Under the pieces are notes generated by a model. The model was not told where the DNA came from and did no database searches. It saw only the letters and a list, made by a program, of their open reading frames with translations. From an uncultured bacterium (GTDB lineage Bacteria; Eisenbacteria; RBG-16-71-46): 64,000 nt of DNA. Of this stretch, positions 59,993 through 64,000 are shown piece after piece. Within the stretch, counting starts at the first letter, position 1; each line of letters begins with the position of its first letter. The translations under genes and the position numbers were made by a program. The stretch lies in contig CAYQNV010000068.1 of the NCBI GenBank assembly GCA_964418975.1, positions 3,254 to 67,253 of the forward strand, in the 5' to 3' direction.

Positions 59993-61158
59993 GGGTCCTG
60001 CTCGTGGAGAGCGGGCGCGCCGTGGGAGGCACCGAGCGCGTCGTTTGGGAGCTGGCGACCCGGCTGCCCGCCGCGCGCTTCGAGGTGCGCGTGTGGCTGT
60101 CGCCCGCCCCGGGCGTGAACGAGTTCGCCACCGCGCTCGAGCGCGCCGGCATTCCGGTGGACCGCGTGGCCGAGGTGGACCGGCGCACGGACTGGAAAGG
60201 CATGTTCGACACCTGGTCGCGGCTGCGGAAGCTGAAGCCCGACCTGCTGCACATGCACCACGTGTGGCCCGCGGCCGATCGCTACCTGTCGGTGCTCGCG
60301 CGCGCCGCCGGCGTGCCGCACCTGGTGGTCACCGAGCACATCACCGGCCAGGCGCACTCCCCGGGGCAGCGCACGTTGAAGCGTGACGAGCTCAAGCGCG
60401 CCGACGCGGTCACCGCCGTGACGGGCGCCATCGTCGAGACCCTGGTCCGCGACTACGGCATCGAGCGCTCGGCGGTGCGCGTGGTGCCGAACGGCGCCGA
60501 CCTGCCCGACGCCCAGGCCGAGGAGCCGGTGGCGCGTCGCTGGCGCGAGAAGTACCTGTCCACGCCATTGAAACCCCTGTGGGTGGTGGCGGGCCGATTG
60601 GAGGAGCAGAAGGGCCACGACGTGCTGTTCGAGGCGCTGGCGCGGTCGGTGAAGGCCGGCATGGATTTCACGCTCGTGGTGGCCGGCGAGGGTTCGCGTC
60701 GGCACTGGTTGGAGCAGCAGGCACTGTCGCTGGGGCTCTCGCCGCGGGTGCAGTTCGTGGGCCAGCTGGAGGACGTGGGCGGGCTGCTGGCCGCCGCCGA
60801 CGCCGTGTTGCTGCCGTCACGCTGGGAGGGACTTCCGCTCGTGCTGCTCGAGGCCATGGCGCGCGGCCGGCCGATCGTGGCGAGTGCCGTGGGCGGCATG
60901 GCCGACGCGCTGGAGGACGGCGTGTCGGGCACGCTCGTGCCGCCGGGTGACGTGACGGCGCTGACCGCTGCGCTGGAAGGACTCCACAAGCGGGGCGATC
61001 GCGCGTGGCGGCTGGGGCGCGTCGCAGCGCAACGCGTGCGCGAGCGCTACACGTGGCACGCGGTGGCGGAAGGGTTCGAATCGGTGTACGACGAGGTGCT
61101 GGGTTTCGCCACGTTCGCGCGCGGGGCCGAGCCGCCGGCGCGCGGGAGCGGGCGATGA
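59971..61158 (+). CDS. GT4 glycosyltransferase
   Basis: Motifs GGTERVV, VVPNG, GRLEEQKG, SRWEGLPLVLLEAMA. Confidence 0.92.
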   Translation: MREAARIRVLLVESGRAVGGTERVVWELATRLPAARFEVRVWLSPAPGVNEFATALERAGIPVDRVAEVDRRTDWKGMFDTWSRLRKLKPDLLHMHHVWPAADRYLSVLARAAGVPHLVVTEHITGQAHSPGQRTLKRDELKRADAVTAVTGAIVETLVRDYGIERSAVRVVPNGADLPDAQAEEPVARRWREKYLSTPLKPLWVVAGRLEEQKGHDVLFEALARSVKAGMDFTLVVAGEGSRRHWLEQQALSLGLSPRVQFVGQLEDVGGLLAAADAVLLPSRWEGLPLVLLEAMARGRPIVASAVGGMADALEDGVSGTLVPPGDVTALTAALEGLHKRGDRAWRLGRVAAQRVRERYTWHAVAEGFESVYDEVLGFATFARGAEPPARGSGR

Positions 61159-62135
61159 CCTTGGGAGTGGTGATCCCGTGCTATCGGCAGGAGCGCTTCC
61201 TGCCGCGCACCGTGGCGGCGCTGGAAGTCGCGTTCGCCGGGCGCGACTGGCGAGGCGTGCTGGTGCTGTCCGATCCCGCGGGGTCCGCCGACCTCCCCGC
61301 GCTGGCGGCGCACTGGAGCGTCGTGCGCGCGGCGGGGGCCGCCGGCACTCGCGCGCTCACGCCCGGCGCGGCGCGCAATGCCGGGTTCGCCGCGTGCGGC
61401 GGGGAATGGGTGTTGTTCGTGGACGCCGATGTGGAAGTGGAGCGCGCGTGGTTGGAGCGCGCACTCGCACAGCTTTCCGCCGGCCCCGAGCTGGCCGGCG
61501 CGTGGGGACGGATCGAGGAGTGGTTCGTGGACGGCGCGGGCGAACGGTTGGGCGGCCGCGACCTCTGCCGCGTGGGCGAAGGGGACGCCGAGGCGGCCTA
61601 CACCGCCGGGCTGTCGTGCTATCGCCGCACGGCGCTCGAGCGAGTCGGCGGCTACGACGCGCGGCTCCAGAGCGAGGAGGACTTCGAGCTGGGGATGCGG
61701 CTCCGGCGCGCCGGCTTCCGTTTGCGCACGCTGGCGCCGCTGGCCGCCAGGCACTGGAGCGAGCCGCGCCCGAGCTTTGCCGAATACGGCCGCCGCTGGC
61801 GCACGGGGCTCTGCTTCGGCCCGGGCCAGGCGCTTCGGCTCTATCTCGGGCGCCCCGGCTTCGGGGAGTTGATGCAAAGAAACGCTCACTATTTCGTGAT
61901 GCTCGCACTTTGGCTCGCTGCCCCGGTGGCGTTCGGCATGGGTGGCTCGCGAGGCGTGGCCGCCTGGGCGCTCGTGCCGCTGGCGCTGTTGGCACTGATG
62001 TCGATTCGCAAGCGCAGTCTGCGCCTCGCGACGCATTCCCTGATGACGTGGAGCGTGATGGCGGCCGGCACCGTGGTCGGGTTCGTACGCGGTGGTACGC
62101 CCGCACCCGCGACCGTGCGGGAGGCCGCGTGCTGA
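61155..62135 (+). CDS. GT2 glycosyltransferase with C-terminal TM segments
   Basis: Motifs VVIPCY, ARNAG, FVDADV, GGYDARL..EEDFELGMRL. Confidence 0.85.
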   Translation: MTLGVVIPCYRQERFLPRTVAALEVAFAGRDWRGVLVLSDPAGSADLPALAAHWSVVRAAGAAGTRALTPGAARNAGFAACGGEWVLFVDADVEVERAWLERALAQLSAGPELAGAWGRIEEWFVDGAGERLGGRDLCRVGEGDAEAAYTAGLSCYRRTALERVGGYDARLQSEEDFELGMRLRRAGFRLRTLAPLAARHWSEPRPSFAEYGRRWRTGLCFGPGQALRLYLGRPGFGELMQRNAHYFVMLALWLAAPVAFGMGGSRGVAAWALVPLALLALMSIRKRSLRLATHSLMTWSVMAAGTVVGFVRGGTPAPATVREAAC

Positions 62136-63349
62136 TCCATGTGGCATGCGACAACGACATCCATCCGCCGCTCTTTGGAGCGACCCAGCGGCTGTTCGGG
62201 TTGGCGCGTGGCATGGCCGCGCGCGCGCGGGTGAGGGCGCTGTGCGTGGTGCCCAACCGTTCGCGCGGCGCGCGCGAGGAACGTGTGTCCGGCGTGGAGC
62301 TGCGTCGCATGAAATCGTGGCACACGAGCGTGGCGTGGTGGCTCGAGCGCGGCGGGCTGGTGCCGCAGTTCACCGCCGAATCCGGGCACCGCGCCCGTGC
62401 CGGCGCCTATCGCGGGGCACTCGGCGGCGGCGCCGACGTACTGCTGTGCGACCTGGCGCTCACCGGGCTCTTTCCGGGCGCGGCCCCGGCGCTGCGCGCC
62501 TACCACGCGCATAATGTCGAGGCCGAGCGCTGGCGCTCCACGGCGCCGCGCGTGTGGGGTCGCGACCGCTGGGGGCAGAAGCTGGCCGCACTCGAGCGAC
62601 GCGCCGTACAGGAGAGCGAGTTGAGCATCGCCTGCACCGACGAGGACGCGGCGCTGCTCCGCTCATTGCACGGAGCGCGCGATGTGGAAGTGGTGGCGAA
62701 CGGCTACGACGAGACCGCTCTCGCGCCCCCCTCGCCGGAGGCGAGAACCATTGCCAGAAAAGCATTGGGAATTCCCGAACAGGTCTACACCGCGGCGTTC
62801 GTGGGCGGGGACTGGGCGCCGAATCACGAAGCGCTCGCCTGGCTCGTCGAGCACGTGATGCCGAAGCTCGCGGGATCGGGCATCGTGCTGCTGGCGGTGG
62901 GCGCCGTGGCGCGGCGTTTCGCGGGCCGCAACGAGCCGTGGCTCGTGACCCGGGCCGAGACCCCGGATCTCGCGGCGGTACTGGCCGCGGCCGATTGCGG
63001 CCTGAATCCCGTGACGAGCGGCGGTGGCAGCAACGTGAAGGTGCCCACCTACCTGGCGATGGGCCTGGCGGTGGTGTCCACGGCGTTCGGTCTGCGCGGC
63101 TATGCGCCGCTCGCGGCGAGCGTAGTGAGTGCCGAGCGCGACGGCACCGCCGACGCGCTCGGCGCGCGCCCGCGTGGCTGGGCGGCGCGCGGCGAGGCGC
63201 CGCCGGCCGCGCTGGCCGATTACGCCTGGGGCACGCTCGGCGCGCGCCTCGCGGACAAGCTGGCGGCTCGCAGGTCGCGTACGACCGCAGTCGACACCCC
63301 CAGTCGTCCGGTTGCGCACAGCGCAACCGGTTCCCAGGGCGCCGCCTGA
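62129..63349 (+). CDS. GT4-like glycosyltransferase
   Basis: Motifs HAHNVEAE, VVANG, PNHEAL, GGGSNVKVPTYLAMGLAVVST. Confidence 0.8.
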   Translation: MLIHVACDNDIHPPLFGATQRLFGLARGMAARARVRALCVVPNRSRGAREERVSGVELRRMKSWHTSVAWWLERGGLVPQFTAESGHRARAGAYRGALGGGADVLLCDLALTGLFPGAAPALRAYHAHNVEAERWRSTAPRVWGRDRWGQKLAALERRAVQESELSIACTDEDAALLRSLHGARDVEVVANGYDETALAPPSPEARTIARKALGIPEQVYTAAFVGGDWAPNHEALAWLVEHVMPKLAGSGIVLLAVGAVARRFAGRNEPWLVTRAETPDLAAVLAAADCGLNPVTSGGGSNVKVPTYLAMGLAVVSTAFGLRGYAPLAASVVSAERDGTADALGARPRGWAARGEAPPAALADYAWGTLGARLADKLAARRSRTTAVDTPSRPVAHSATGSQGAA

Positions 63350-64000
63350 TGCGCGTGGCCATGATCGGGCAGAAGGGCATTCCCGCCACCTACGGCGGCA
63401 TCGAGCGGCACGTGGACGAGATCGCACGCCGGCTGGTGCAGCGTGGCATCGAGGTGGACGTGTTCTGCCGGCTCTACTACACGCCGCCCGGCAGCGAGTA
63501 CCACGGCATCGGCCTGTTGCGGCGGCCGAGCATCCACACCAAGCATCTCGACACTGCCACGCACGTGGTGTGGTGCACGGTAGAGGCCATGCTCCGGCAC
63601 TACGATGTGGTGCACTTCCACGCGCTCGGACCGTCGCTGTTCGCGGCACTCCCGCGACTCACCGGGTCCAGGACGGTGGTGACCGTGCACGGGCTCGACT
63701 GGCAGCGCGAGAAGTGGGGCAAGGCCGCCGCGTGGGTGCTGAAGCATTGCGAGCGACCGGCCGCGCGTTTTCCGAACCGCACCATCGTGGTGAGCAAGAC
63801 GCTGCGCGAGCACTTTCGAGTAACCCACGCGATCGACGCCGCCTACATCCCGAACGGCACGCTGTTGCCCCAGCCACGCGCTCCCAAGAAGCTGCCGTCG
63901 CTCGGGCTCGAGCCCGGCAAGTACATCCTGTTCGTCGGCCGGTTGGTGCCCGAGAAGGGCGTGCACTTCCTGTGCGAAGCGTTCAGCCGCATCGACACCG
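63349..64000 (+). CDS. GT4 glycosyltransferase, truncated by the window end
   Basis: Manual translation MRVAMIGQKGIPATYGGIERHVDEIA...VHFHALGP...VTVHGLDWQREKW...LFVGRLVPEKG; absent from the ORF track (no stop). Confidence 0.92.
   Translation, partial: MRVAMIGQKGIPATYGGIERHVDEIARRLVQRGIEVDVFCRLYYTPPGSEYHGIGLLRRPSIHTKHLDTATHVVWCTVEAMLRHYDVVHFHALGPSLFAALPRLTGSRTVVTVHGLDWQREKWGKAAAWVLKHCERPAARFPNRTIVVSKTLREHFRVTHAIDAAYIPNGTLLPQPRAPKKLPSLGLEPGKYILFVGRLVPEKGVHFLCEAFSRIDT

Overview
Very GC-rich bacterial chromosomal window (about 70% GC by eye, not computed). It has three parts. (1) 1-8.7 kb: an lptF-type permease (partial, minus strand), divergent from a 2112-aa SprA/Sov-like (T9SS translocon-like) beta-barrel gene that is followed after 2 nt by an M28/glutaminyl-cyclase-like lipoprotein. 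(2) 9-21 kb: the conserved rimP-nusA-infB-DUF503-rbfA-truB-ribF-rpsO-pnp-M16 peptidase cluster, then a DapL-like aminotransferase, DUF3108 and a DHS-fold-like unknown. (3) 24 kb to the window end: a large surface-glycan locus that continues past 64000. It holds an OPX export protein, a split Wzc with a degenerate kinase, a nucleotidyltransferase-like plus alkaline-phosphatase-superfamily pair, 2 Wzx-like and 2 UPF0104 flippases, 4 GT-C-like membrane proteins, 2 AsnB amidotransferases, an AlgD-like dehydrogenase, a DegT aminotransferase, a deacetylase, a methyltransferase and about 10 GT2/GT4 enzymes. SprA together with canonical sigma70 promoters and SD sites suggests a non-Bacteroidota FCB-related lineage such as Ca. 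Eisenbacteria or Gemmatimonadota (inference only). I saw no tRNA, rRNA, CRISPR or transposase. The most notable leads are the sprA-QC gene pair, two related palindromic intergenic elements with GGA/UCC-loop hairpins, two long structured leaders, the BY pseudokinase and the NTase/AP module. All family calls come from motif recognition by eye; no database searches were run.
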